NCBI RefSeq assembly: GCF_001194135.2
Contig: NC_068985.1
Span: 10,016,762-10,061,576, forward strand
Direction: 5' to 3'
Length of the DNA stretch: 44,815 nt
Source: Octopus bimaculoides
Lineage: Eukaryota
Under the pieces are notes generated by a model. The model was not told where the DNA came from. It saw only the letters and a program-made list of their open reading frames with translations, and did not search any database. A program made the translations under genes and the position numbers. Positions 11,950 to 24,280 of the stretch are shown piece by piece. Position 1 is the stretch's first letter, and every line of letters starts with the position of its first letter.

Positions 11950-12040
11950 TTCCTATGACGCATGGGCCGAGCTGAACCGTTGGCAAAAGGTTGTTGCAGC
12001 CCTATGTTCCCCGAGAGCACAGAAAGTGTGTCAATAGCCA
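11950..12040 (+). mobile_element. Possible RTE-clade LINE C-terminal remnant
   Basis: AELNRWQKVVAALCSPRAQKV* resembles the RTE end W...VAALC; short match. Confidence 0.3.
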
Positions 12041-12180
12041 GCTGGAGGAGATGTCTTCTTCGGGCTGCAAGTTACAGTAGCATCAACTCTTAAGGGTTAG
12101 CCACATTTAGGTGGCAAATATATTTCACGATGTCGTGCAGCTACTGTTTATACCTCACTCAGAGATTTATAATATATATA

Positions 12181-12216
<36 letters not shown>

Positions 12217-12394
12217 TGTATGTATGTGTACAGGACATCACCAACAGTGCAAAAAATCATGAAATACGTAAACAAACGAGTCAAATACGTAAACAATTGA
12301 AAACAAGACAAATAAATACAGAGAAAGGATCCTTCATCAGTTGTCGGCTGTCTATATACTCCTCATTTCGATATATATACACGTTGATGTCTTG

Positions 12395-12545
12395 TTCTTA
12401 GGTCCGACATCAGACCTCATCGGTCCCACATTTGATCAAAGCCATCCCAACTGTAGCAGACCATTCCATCTTTTCCCCAAATGCTGGACTTTATTGATTA
12501 ACGTATTCGTCTTTATTTAAGATGGTTGGATATGATTTGAAGGTT
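12395..12545 (+). repeat. Degenerate repeat family H (related pieces about 38415-38600, 42608-42645, 43510-43900)
   Basis: Shared decayed motifs aagatggttgg.tatgattt and agatttggctgctatttctagcaggtcgag. Confidence 0.4.
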
Positions 12546-12557
12546 TATATAAATATA

Positions 12558-12722
12558 TACGACAGGCTTCTTTCCGTTTTCGTCTACCAAATCCATCCAC
12601 AAGGCTTTGGTCGGCCCGAGGCTATAGTAGAAGACACTTGCCCAAGGCACCACGTAGTGGGACTGAACCCGGAACCATGTGGTTGTTAAGCAAGCTACTT
12701 ACCACACAGCCACTCCTGCGCC
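12558..12722 (-). mobile_element. SINE family B 5' half (tRNA-like head, CORE-like segment)
   Basis: Reverse complement of ggcgcaggagtggctgtgtggtaagtagc...ccttgggcaagtgtcttc. Confidence 0.9.
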
Positions 12723-13256
12723 TATAATATAATTAGGAATTGCATAAAAGATTAAACTATTTTGTGCATTGTAGAATTATTACCAATTTATTGCACAAGA
12801 ACTTTGACGACAAAATTTTAATTGGGCCCCGGTTGGCAACCACTTTGTTAAACTGTGCGATAGATTAAATATATCACCCCACCTTCATCACTGATAGATA
12901 GAATGAGCCGCAAGGTTTATGTCAGTACTCGAACTGCTTAACTGTCAGTTGGTTACCTTCTGCTCTGTCGACACGACCACCATCATAGCTCATGCTGTGC
13001 CAGGCATATCATAGAAGAATATTATATTTGGCAGTGATATTAAATTAGGAATATGGAATGTCTCTCATACAAACTTGTATATTATATAATCTTGTGTATT
13101 ATATAATCTTTTATATTATATATTACATATCTAAGTTTGTATAAGGTAACATTGTAGTTATTTAATCAACTTCGTAGAGATATCCATCTTTGGCCTGTAA
13201 TTGAATTGGACTGTCAAATATACGTGGAATAAATCAATTATTTAGCTTTATCACAG

Positions 13257-13447
13257 TGAAGTATCTACGCTGAAGAATGTTGGCAGAGTCTGGGAGGCTG
13301 TCTTTACGTCGCAGTTTCGATTCCCATTTCATCAATTTCTCTTCATTCGCTCTCCGAACCATCGTCCAACCATTGCCCTTATTGAGGCAGTCGACAACCC
13401 TCTTCATGCACGTAGTCTATTACTGATTTCACATTTCTTGGAATGCG
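13257..13447 (+). CDS. Candidate internal exon (63 codons), product unknown
   Basis: tttagctttatcacAG acceptor, G|GTGAGT donor, open frame EVSTLKNVGRVWEAVF...SHFLEC, raised GC; the antisense frame is also largely open. Confidence 0.3.
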
Positions 13448-13490
13448 GTGAGTAACGCCATTCCAAAATTTCAGTTTTCAGTAGGATGAT

Positions 13491-13655
13491 ATTCTTTTCT
13501 ACTTTGGGTACAAGGCTCGAAACTTTGGAGGAGGGGGCCAGTCGATTAGATCGACTCCAGTTAGCAACTGGTACTTAGTTTATCGACCTCGAAACGATGA
13601 AAGGCAAAGTCGACCTCGGCGGAATTGAACTCAGAACATAAAGATATACGAAATA
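13491..13655 (-). mobile_element. SINE family A, 5'-truncated
   Basis: Family core and tail. Confidence 0.85.
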
Positions 13656-14988
13656 TGTAGTATGATAGTAGGATGATATTGGAGATATGACACCAAAATA
13701 TTAAAATTTATCAAAACGGTTCCATTTTAATGCAAAAGAACTTCCATTTTAAACTTTTGCTTGTGATATTCTTGTGCATATATTTACTAACTTTAAGAAT
13801 AGTTATAAATATTTTGATGATCTTTCTATAATCGATCTCTTTGGGATTTACTGAAGCTTTCCTGGTTCCTAGATAGTCATAACAGACGTTCTTAAAGATC
13901 CATTAAATCACTGCTATTGATTCAACCGTCAAACACCACCATTGGTCTTCCTGTAAACCAACATCGATTCCTGTATGAAACCAAACCAAATTTCTTAGGT
14001 CGAACATATTTCGCTTTTCACATGTTCAACAATAAATCGGCTAAAAACATAAAAAACACCCAGAAAAATACAAACCAAACACTAGTAGCTCCTACAATTC
14101 TCCAATCACGCATTTTAACCTTTCCAGTAATAATACAAGGAATCGTATGTAAATATAATTCGTTAAAAGCAAGCAGGCTAACTTAATGCAATGTTTGATA
14201 CATCTCTTTGAATACAATAGCTATAATGATATCTAGAAGACATAATGCAACGCACACTATGTTATTTAAATAATGTTACAAAATTTCTCTTGTTGAAAAA
14301 TGTATCAAAACTGTATCAGATAACTACGATGCATGACGGCTATTTTCACTACAATTTTTTTGAGTAATTTTCTTTAAAAGTTCAACTTTTTTTTACCATT
14401 GATTTTCTTTTAGTTTTGGATTGCTATTTAACCTGAATTTTCTTCCTAGCACTGTATGGCTATGAAGATACTATATAGTCGAGTATACTGGCCTACCTGC
14501 TCATTGATTGTGAGTTCAAACTCATTGCAGACGTTTCAATAAGTCTTTTATAAAAAGAAAATTGTTCTGCATTTCCGTAAACATACTCAGCAATCGGTAA
14601 AAGGTCCTGCATCGTTTGGGAATGTTGCCTGCAATAAAATCAATGTTCTGTACATGGCCAGACATATTTCTCATCCGATTAACCTTCATGAAACAGGAGT
14701 TAAACACTGTAGGACTGTTCGTAGCATTAGCCAACCATATTCTGGAATACGATTGCTCTTATTGCTTCTTCAATGCTAGCTGACGATGTCAATACATAAG
14801 TATGCAGCCTGTAGAAAACAAAAAGAAAAATTCTGTCTTTGAACTCATGCATTTTTTAAAAATGAGATTTCTAAGTTAATAGTGTCAGCTCCATAATTCT
14901 TTTTCTGGAACAATAGATCTCGAAGCACATATAAAGCTATAATTAATATGTCATTATTGGGTTGAAAAACCCATTTGGATAGAAAATT

Positions 14989-15060
14989 GGCGCAGGAGTG
15001 GATGTGTGGTAAGTAGCTTGTTTACCAACCACATGGTTCCGGGTTCAGTCTTCTACTATA
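14989..15060 (+). mobile_element. SINE family B head with internal deletion
   Basis: ggcgcaggagtggatgtgtgg...gggttcagtc/ttctactata. Confidence 0.8.
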
Positions 15061-15159
15061 AGTCTCTCCGCAGTATTTTATTGCAAAATAAATATTTATA
15101 AGATGGTATAAAACTACAAAAGAACAGATTAGACTTTACAAGACTTTAAAACACTTTAT

Positions 15160-15647
15160 AAGAGGTGTTGAAAAGTGTCATCCTTCATTTTCAGTACATA
15201 AGTTGACTCTCCTTCACATGTTTTGAAATACATCTTGGAGAGTCTGATGCATCTTGGAGAGTCTGACACAGTATAGACGGTGTAAAGGTTATGATTGCGT
15301 CTTTTAGCTCATTAATGGTTTTCGGGCGATTCTTGTACAATGATCCTTTACTTGCTCCGCAGAAAAAAGAAGTCTGGCGGTGTAAAATCAGGTTATCTTG
15401 GTGGCCAAGGTTCCTTCGAAATAAACCGTTCACCGAAAAACTCTTGAAGTAGTGCCATGGTGATGCGCGTAGTATGTGCTGTAGCTCTATCTTGCTGAAA
15501 GTATGCATTATTAATTTCACTTTCAGTGAGTTGGTCTGCAAATGGAGAGACAATATTTGGGCAATATCTGTCGGTGTTGATGGTATTTTCAAAACATTCA
15601 CTGCGGAGAGACTTTTTGAACACCTATTTTTCTGACATAATCTCACT
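15160..15647 (-). mobile_element. Tc1/mariner DDxD (maT/rosa-like) transposase 3' remnant
   Basis: FQQDRATAHT...WPPR*PDFTPPDFF...LYKNRPKTINELKDAI; 38 residues between the second and third Asp; stop and frameshift. Confidence 0.85.
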
Positions 15648-15660
15648 ATTGAGCTTTTGA

Positions 15661-16040
15661 GTGGAGGTGCAATGGCCCAGTAGTTAGGGCAGCGGATTCG
15701 CGGTCGTGGGATAGCGGTTTCGATTCCCAGACCGGTTGTGAGTGTCTATTGAGCGAAAACACCTAAAGCTTCGCGAGGCTCCGGCAGGGGGTGGTGGTGA
15801 ACCCTGCTGTACTCTTTCACTACAACTTTCTCTCACTCTTACTTCCTGTTTCTGTTGTACCTGCATTTCAAAGGGCCAACCTTGTCACACTCTGTGTCAC
15901 GCTGAATCTCCCCGAGAACCACGTTAAGGGTACACGTGTCTGTAGAGTCCTCAGCCACTTGCACGTTAATTTTACGGGCAGGCTATTCCGTTGATCAGAT
16001 CAACTGGAACCCTCGTCGTCGTAACCGACGGAGTGCCACG
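15661..16040 (+). mobile_element. SINE family C, full length
   Basis: tRNA-like head tggcccagtag / ggtttcgattcc; TSD attgagcttttga / attgagcctttgt. Confidence 0.9.
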
Positions 16041-16682
16041 ATTGAGCCTTTGTGTTATGAATAATAATAACACATCAACCGTCATAGAAACTACATTATT
16101 GAGTATGTTAATTATTGAATTACTAGATTTATTACGTCATAAATGTTAACTATAACCCCCTAGGCGTATAACATTTAATCAGTATCTAAGCTAGTAATTT
16201 ATCTTCATTCATCGAGGATTATGGAAGGAATTAATGATATTCTTGCATGCATAATAATTTTTAATCAAAGAATAGTAAAATTGAATATTTTAAATCAATG
16301 ACTAGTAAAATTAAATAGTTTTTTGGAGCAAAGATTTAGAGAAAGTCATCATTCGGTAATATCAAAGTGGCTAAATTAATAGAAGCGTTTATTGCTAATA
16401 ATATTAAAGGAATTAATCCTCCAAATGACGTTATCTTATAATTATAAAGTTATAGTTTGTTTAAATATAAAGTTGATTTAAAATGCTTTAACAAAAGACA
16501 GCCAATTGTATTTTGCAACCCTGAAAGTGAATTTACTAGCATTCACGTTTTTTATCATCCATGAAGTTTTACCGCTGCCGATAATTTCCTTGGAATCAGG
16601 GTCATATCGTTAAGAAACACTCGAGAGCTGAACAGCAGAAAGTCTTCAGAAACCTGCCTCAGGCAAGTGTTTCGGCCCTTAA

Positions 16683-16959
16683 CCTATTACCTACCAGTGA
16701 TCTCATATGAGATCACTTAAAAATGACAAATTTCGTAATTATCTGTCAATATTTACACATATCTAACCTTTTTGCTATATCTACTAGGTATATTTCTCTG
16801 ATATTCAAATGAGGTTTGCTAATTTTTCACCCAATATTTCGCTTATTTCTATTTAAAATGTTATTTTGATCATTCCAGCGTGTTTCTAAGGCTGTTTTGT
16901 GCTAGAGATTAAAGTTTCATAAAAAAAATCCAGTTAATAGAATTATGGGAGGTAATGGG
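16683..16959. mobile_element. 277-bp piggyBac-like MITE
   Basis: TTAA flanks (16679-82, 16960-63); 13-bp TIR CCTATTACCTACC / CCCATTACCTCCC (11/13); internal 22-bp palindrome. Confidence 0.7.
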
Positions 16960-17156
16960 TTAAAGTCTTATACTCTAAGGGATCCGGGCCGCAGCCAGGT
17001 CATAACTCCTGGATGCCCTTCTGCTGACATTTTATAGTTACTTGGATATTGGAGACTTGTGCATTTAAATCGTCTGCAGATTTCATTTAGGGGTAACTCC
17101 TCTCCGCTGACTCAGATTTCAAACTTATATTTAAAGAATAAATAACGTTGGTTGTC

Positions 17157-17313
17157 ATGGAGTGGCTGCGTGGTAAATAGCTTGCTTCCAACCACATGGT
17201 TCCGGGTTCAGTCCCACTGCATGGCACCTTGGGCAAGTGTCTTCTACTATAGCCTCGAGCCGACCAAAGCCTTGTGAGTGGATTTGGTAGACGGAAACTG
17301 AAAGAAGTCTGTC

Positions 17314-17356
<43 letters not shown>

Positions 17357-17366
17357 NNNNNNNNNN

Positions 17367-17412
<46 letters not shown>

Positions 17413-17650
17413 ACGTATGTATGTGTTTGTGTGTCTGTGTTTGTCCCCCCAACATCGCTTGACAACCGATGCTGGTGTGTTTACGTCCCCGTAACTTAGC
17501 GGTTCGGCAAAAAGAGACCGATAGAATAAGTAGTAGGCTTACAAAGAATAAGTGCTGGGGTCGATTTGCTCGACTAAAGGCGGTGCTCCAGCATGGCCGC
17601 AGTCAAATGGCTGAAACAAGTAAAAGAGTAAAAAAAAAGAGTAAAGAGTA
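17157..17650 (+). mobile_element. SINE family B with internal (TA)n/(TG)n
   Basis: Head, internal microsatellite, 3' half ending in (aagagta)n. Confidence 0.9.
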
Positions 17651-18199
17651 TGGTAGCAGTGAAACGTCAACGTTATCATAGGACTCACTCAGAGTTATTT
17701 CCCTTGAAACTTTTAATATTAAATAAAGAAACAAGCTACAAAATTATCCCAGTGGAATGAAATACCTTGGCAGTTAAATCGCTCAGGTAACTAGATAACA
17801 AAAATAATGTCAGGTTTGTCCAGTTTGACCGAGTAGAATTTTACCTATATTTAAGAAAAAGCCCTAGTGTTTTACAAAAGATTCCCTACTATTCCACGCG
17901 ACTCTAATATCGATATTATAATGCACAGTAGGAAAACATTTGTCTTCTATAGTTCGTTGCGGTTTCCAAATGAGAAAAAACAGGCTATTTTATTTTTGTC
18001 GTGAGATTGTAAAATGAAGACGTGTACTGGTTGGTGAGTTTGTATATCTAAACACGTTCTGTAAAAATAAACTTCCTAGATGTGTATATAGAAATGATTG
18101 ATGTTCCGGTAATCTCACTCCATATTAAAATTAATTTAGTAAAAATTTAATTAAAATTTATAAAGATTTCAATTTAAAAATCTCTATGAAAACTAATGT

Positions 18200-18480
18200 G
18201 ATCACGCGAGGGACAAGACTATCGGATGTTGTCATACATCGCTGGTCATAATGCGCTTTGCATCGTTTTAGCATTCGAATGATGCCATTTTGCTGGTTAG
18301 GCGAGCAGGACAACATTCTCCCTGATCGGAAGGCCATTCTTTTACAGATTTACCCATTTACAGCTGAGTGGACTGGGGCAACGTGAAACGAAGTGTTTTG
18401 CTTGAGAACATAAGCGTTCGGTACGGGAATCGAAACCACAATATAGCGATCGTAAGCGTAACATCCTATCTTCTAGATTT
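18200..18480 (-). mobile_element. CORE-like SINE (family F)
   Basis: Shares ttgccccagtccactcagctgtaaatgggta with 26787-26815 and 27130-27165. Confidence 0.7.
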
Positions 18481-18515
18481 AAACAGAGGTAAACCAAAAT
18501 TACACACCAATAGAC

Positions 18516-18948
18516 ATTCTCTTCTCGTCTAGGCACAAGGTCCGACATTTTTGGGGAGGGGGGCCAGTCGATCAGATCGACGCTAGTACGCAACTGGTAC
18601 TTAATTTAGCGACCCCGAAAGAATGAAAGACAAAGTCGACCTTGGCGGAATTTGAACTCAGAACTTAATGATAGACGAAATACTGCCAAGCATTTCGCCC
18701 GGCGTGCTAACGTTCCTTATTTCTTTATTGCCCAGAAGGGACTAAACATAGAGGGGACAAACAAGGACAGACAAAGGGATTAAGTCGATTACATCGACCC
18801 CAATGCGTAACCGGTACTTAATTTATCGACCCCGAAAGGATGAAAGGCAAAGTCAGCCTCGGCAGAATTTGAACTCAGAACGTAACAGCAGACGAAATAC
18901 CGCCAAGCATTTCGCCCGGCGTGCTAACGTTTCTGCCAGCTCGCCGCC
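18516..18948 (-). mobile_element. SINE family A dimer
   Basis: Two cores joined by a ctttgtctgtccttgtttgtcccctctatgtttag linker. Confidence 0.9.
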
Positions 18949-19723
18949 TCTGTACACTAACAGATGTTACTACACTCCTGCAATCAAAAAAATCTTAGTC
19001 AGCAACATTGGCAGACGAATTTCAAAGATATTTTTGGACGAAGATGTTTTAGTTAAGCTTCAACATACAAAAGAAAAAAAAAAAGTAGATTCAAAGAAAA
19101 TTATATTACTTAGATATTCAGAGCACAAAGACTAGCTAAAGAAGAGGGAAAATGGATGATTTAATTCCACTGTCAGAACAGCAAAAAATTCTCCAACAGC
19201 GCCAAATACCAAAAGCTGTTAAAAATGTATAATTTACAGCTGCTTGGAAAAACATCATCTTCATAGCTAGAATTAATTGAAAAGTTTACACAAATATAGT
19301 TGGCTAGGTTCATTAAACTGTAGGTTGGATTACTAAACTCATTTTGTTATTCTTGTATGTAATGTAGCGACTAAACTATCTTGTATTTATTAATAGGTGG
19401 TTATCTTTTCAGTTTTTCAATTAATAGAATAAAATGTATTTTCATTAGTTTCCTTGTAAGTATATACATACACACGTAGACAAGCAGACATACACATATA
19501 TACATGGCATCTTGTTGATAATTTTGATATAATGCTGGAAATTATAACATCATTATTTACTAATACATATCGTTGTTTAACATCCATCCATCAATTTTCT
19601 CCACCCACTGTTTGTGGAAGAGTCATTGGGATAGAATCTTTAGGTATCTTTAGGCATCTTCTTTATAGGGTTTTATCAGAAACAACTTGCCATTAGATTT
19701 TTCCCAAGCGAGAAAAACTGAGA

Positions 19724-19819
19724 CTTATTGATATTATCCAATCGCCTTATTCCTGGTCTGCTTCTAAATCTCATACCGTTTGGCTCGGCTTGAAGAATCT
19801 GTCTTACGAGACTTTTATC
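19724..19819 (-). mobile_element. Possible RTE-clade LINE remnant
   Basis: DKSLVRQILQAEPNGMRFRSRPGIRRLDNI resembles RL.RQ.L.A.P.G.RP.GRP..RW.D.I. Confidence 0.3.
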
Positions 19820-19849
19820 TCTTTCAAGCACGTATAGACATCATAACTT

Positions 19850-20035
19850 ATATATATATATATGTGTGTGTGTTTGTGTGTCTGTGTTTGTCCACCCAAC
19901 ATCGCTTGACAACCGATGCCGGTGTGTTTACGTCCCTGTAACATAGCGGTTCGGCAAAAGAGTCCGATAAAATAAGTACTAGGCTTGCAAAGAACAAGTC
20001 CCGGGTTCAATTTGTTCGACTAAAGGTGGTGTGTT
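19850..20035 (+). mobile_element. SINE family B 3' half
   Basis: aacatcgcttgacaaccgatg...cgactaaagg. Confidence 0.85.
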
Positions 20036-20261
20036 TGTGTGTGTGTATGTGTGCGGAAACTCGTGTGTTCATTTTCAACCTACTGCACACACAGACACAT
20101 ACACACATACATACACACACATAGTTGAAAAGGGGTTAAGAATCCATGCAAATGAAAAATTATGGTTGAGTCCAACTTTATTTACGTTTTTNNNNNNNNN
20201 NNNNNNNNNNNNNNNNNNNNNNNNNNNNNNNNNNNNNNNNNNNNNNNNNNNNNNNNNNNNN

Positions 20262-20309
<48 letters not shown>

Positions 20310-20451
20310 CACACACACACACATATATATATATGTATATACATACACACATATATATACATATTCGCACGTCTACATATAGATATATATTACTCATGCG
20401 ATACACATGCACACAAACACAGAGCACACACAAATACACACACACATGCAT

Positions 20452-20532
<81 letters not shown>

Positions 20533-20590
20533 CAAACATGCACACACGTGTGTATGTGTGTATAAGTGTGTGTGTGTGTGTGTGTATCAA
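20262..20590. repeat. (TA)n/(CA)n/(TG)n cluster
   Basis: Direct. Confidence 0.95.
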
Positions 20591-21113
20591 TACACATGCC
20601 CTTATATATGTAGATATATTACTTAAATTTCGATATATAGATAGCAGTGTTCGTTTGTGTTAATCACGTGTTTTTCAAGGTAGGCGTGCAATCATTTAAC
20701 CACCATATGCGTGGGTAAACATGTTATATTTCCAACCGGATTTTATGATTGCTAACTCTTAATTACCAAATCTTATAGTTGTCAAAAATATCCGCTGGTG
20801 ATTACTACCTGTGTTATTTCTTAATCTCACCTTGGCAACAATCTAGTATTGTTTTTTATATATTTTTTCCTAAAAATCATTCATCCTAACAACGAAACCC
20901 ACGACGGCTCTGTAAATGGAGATTACATTTGTGTTAAAATCATTCAACAGCATTCATCACCTATCCTACTTTTTGCCTTCTTACTACTCTGCAACCGTAC
21001 TATTAATGGAGTCTTATAAATGCATTATCAAAGCACTCTATTATGTGCTGAGGCCTGAAACAGAACATCATAACGTTTGGAGCTAACTTCCAATACGGTA
21101 TAATGAACACTGC

Positions 21114-21153
<40 letters not shown>

Positions 21154-21414
21154 AGAGAAAAACCACTATTAGACAATTCAATAATGAAGAATGTAATTCA
21201 CACCCTCTAGAAAATAAATATGTCATAAAACGCTTATTCTAAANNNNNNNNNNNNNNNNNNNNNNNNNNNNNNNNNNNNNNNNNNNNNNNNNNNNNNNNN
21301 NNNNNNNNNNNNNNNNNNNNNNNNNNNNNNNNNNNNNNNNNNNNNNNNNNNNNNNNNNNNNNNNNNNNNNNNNNNNNNNNNNNNNNNNNNNNNNNNNNNN
21401 NNNNNNNNNNNNNN

Positions 21415-21810
21415 AGGCTCAGGTGTGGCTTTGTGGTAACTAGCTGGCATCATGCGCAAGTGTCTTCTATTATAGCCTCGGACCGACCAAAGCCCTGTGA
21501 GCGGATTTGGTAGACGGAAACTGAAAGAAGCCCATCATATATGCATATGCATGTATGTGCCTGTTTGTGTGTCTGTGTTTGTCCTCTCACCATCGCTTGA
21601 CAACTGATTCTGGTGTGTTTACGTCCTGTAACTTAGCGGTTCGGCAAAAGAGACCCGATAGAATAAGTACTAGGCTTACAAAGAATAAGTTCTGGGGTCG
21701 ATTTGCACGACTAAAGGCGGAGTTATTTCATTCGACTAAAACCCTTCAAGACCTTGAATCCGGCATGGCCACAGTCCAATAGCTGAAACAAATGAAAGAC
21801 AAAAACTAAA
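21415..21810 (+). mobile_element. SINE family B with internal deletion
   Basis: Family match. Confidence 0.85.
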
Positions 21811-21868
21811 CAATAGCTACGTCGTCGCTTCTCTGCAGTTTGAGGTCTACTGATGTGAATTTCGCATA

Positions 21869-22767
21869 TGAGGTCTGATCAATATGTATCCGGACTGCTG
21901 CCATAGTAACAAAGTTAAAGCACGCAGAGTGAAGCTGCTTAGCAAAGATTAACCTTGAACGTTGCTGTGCATGTGCACTAAGTTTTAACGTTGTAACTCA
22001 CTTCCACTTTTTATAGCAGTGCTTGGAAGGAAGGAACGTGTGTAGCGTCTGATCATCGCATTGACTACGACAGAGACAATTCTCCCGGTGATACCTGCTC
22101 AGAGACCTACGCAAAGTTGCAGAAAGTGTATGGAGAGGAGTGTATGAGTCGCACACAGGTGTACAAGTGGTTTAGATGTTTCCAAGATGGTAAAAAAAAT
22201 GTCGATATTGATGAACCTTCTCGGAGACCCGCAACCAGCAGAACTGAGAAAAACATTGCAGATGTGCGTGCAGCTGCGAGGGGAAATCGTCGAATCACCA
22301 TCCGTGAGTTATCGGAGCATGTGCAGATTAGTTACGGTCCCGTTCAGTCCATTATCACTGAAGATTTGGGTGTGAGACACGTGTCTGCTGAGTTTGTGCC
22401 CAAACCACTTACAGATGTCCATGAAAACATTCGAGTTTCAGTTGCATAAAATATCCTTGATTGTGTCGGGAACGATGAAAACTTTTTGAAAACTTTGGGT
22501 AGGCCTCTGAGCAGGCAGCGCCAAGCTTTTGGCATCACTTGACGCAGATTCTCTGCTCACCTTTCTCTGTCGTCTTCAATGCGACGATCACACACTACAC
22601 AAGCCCCTTCCAAGCATTGCTGAAAACTGCTGAAATGAGCTGCAATTTTAAAACTTAGTGCGCATGCACAGCAGCGTTTAAGGCTAATCTATGCCAAGCA
22701 GCTTCACACTGCGCGCTTTAGCTTTGTTACTATGGCAACAGTCCTTACAGTTATTGATCAGACCACG
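21869..22767 (+). mobile_element. Non-autonomous mariner derivative with two inverted left ends; N-terminal transposase (HTH) fragment at 22117-22449
   Basis: TA flanks; long inverted repeats; VYGEECMSRTQVYKWF...ITIREL...LGVRHVSAEFVPK is the Mos1/SETMAR-type HTH region; catalytic domain absent. Confidence 0.9.
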
Positions 22768-23114
22768 TATAAGATCCCGTCGTTCTCCGCTATCATTTGC
22801 ACCGATGCTAACATCAAAATGCCCTCTGGGTCACATGCCCTCATTCAGATTGAGCTGTTATAAAAGAAAAATAACGACTTCCTTGCTTGGAGTATAGTTG
22901 CTATCCCCCGCTCTCCTGTAATGTTAAAGCAAAACGTAACCGCACCAGTGAGGAGTGCTTATGCACAAAGGAATAATAACCCACGATATCGTATTCGACA
23001 AACTTGTGTCTATTAAAATCGCGAATGTCTTTGATCTAATTAACTATTGTACGGCCATCTTTTAACTGTTAGATGTCAACCGCTCGTATATTATCATTAA
23101 TCTTGCTCATTATT

Positions 23115-23250
23115 TTGCTCCAGTCCACTCAGCTGGCAAAAATGGGTAACGCTGCGATGGACTGGCGTCCCGTCCGGCTGGGGAACGCATACGCCATTGA
23201 AACCGGGAAACCGGGCCCATGAGCCTGGCTAGGCTTTAAAAGGGCGCATT
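23115..23250 (+). mobile_element. SINE family E 3' half
   Basis: ttgctccagtccactcagctgg...cgtcccgtcc...gagcctggc matches 27030-27165 reversed. Confidence 0.7.
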
Positions 23251-23259
23251 TATTTAATA

Positions 23260-24062
23260 GGCGCAGGAGTGGCTGTGTGGTAAGTAGCTTCCTAACCAAC
23301 CACATGGTTCCGGGTTCATTCCCACTGCGTGGCACCTTGGGCAAGTGTCTTCTACTATAACTTCGGGCCGACCAAAGCCTTGTGAGTGGATTTGGTAGAC
23401 GGAAACTGAAAGAAGCCAGTCGTATATATGTATATATATATATATNNNNNNNNNNNNNNNNNNNNNNNNNNNNNNNNNNNNNNNNNNNNNNNNNNNNNNN
23501 NNNNNNNNNNNNNNNNNNNNNNNNNNNNNNNNNNNNNNNNNNNNNNNNNNNNNNNNNNNNNNNNNNNNNNNNNNNNNNNNNNNNNNNNNNNNNNNNNNNN
23601 NNNNNNNNNNNNNNNNNNNNNNNNNNNNNNNNNNNNNNNNNNNNNNNNNNNNNNNNNNNNNNNNNNNNNNNNNNNNNNNNNNNNNNNNNNNNNNNNNNNN
23701 NNNNNNNNNNNNNNNNNNNNNNNNNNNNNNNNNNNNNNNNNNNNNNNNNNNNNNNNNNNNNNNNNNNNNNNNNNNNNNNNNNNNNNNNNNNNNNNNNNNN
23801 NNNNNNNNNNNNNNNNNNNNNNNTATATAAATATGTATGCGTGTATATATGTTTGTGTGTCTGTGTTTGCCCCCCTACCATTGCTTGACAGCCGATGCTG
23901 GTGTGTTCACGTCTCCGTAACTCAGCAGTTCGGCGTAAAAGACCGATACAATAAGTACTAGGCTTACAAAGAATAAGTCCTGGGGTCGATTTGCTCGACT
24001 AAAGGCGGTGCTCCAGCATGGCCGCAGTCAAATGACTGAAACAAGTAAAAGAATAAAAGAGT
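23260..24062 (+). mobile_element. SINE family B with gap in the internal microsatellite
   Basis: Family match on both sides of the gap. Confidence 0.9.
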
Positions 24063-24280
24063 AATCGACCCAAACCATGATTAGGCGGGTTTGAGAAGTT
24101 TCTATTTTCGGATGAAAAGTAATATGATCCATATTTTGGCAGATGCTTTGTGTTTGGCTTGTGTTTCTAATCTGGTTCAGACTTTTAATTTATTTGCTCT
24201 TTTGTTGGCCCCCTTATTTGTCATATGATTGGTATAATAAGTATGTGCGTTGGTTTTCCAAAACGTTTGATTAATAATCA

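Noticed and set aside
12325-12345. Minus-strand CTGATGAAGG
   Set aside because: No downstream stem II or GAAA in this copy
12957-12994. Minus mini-exon MSYDGGRVDRAE with AAG|GTAACC donor
   Set aside because: Weak acceptor; the resemblance to PLE MGSYDG is too short to mean anything
14522-14808. ORF 14522-14734 and nearby minus-strand splice signals (acceptor at 14809-10, GA|GTATGT near 14587)
   Set aside because: No frame links the best acceptor and donor without a stop, and no homology recognised; may still be a terminal or UTR exon
17953-18033. Plus exon candidate with late ATG (MKTCTG) and G|GTGAGT donor
   Set aside because: Too short and no partner exon found
18960-19230. Lys-rich stop-interrupted frame (LADEFQRYFW...) as a transposase relic
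   Set aside because: No diagnostic motif
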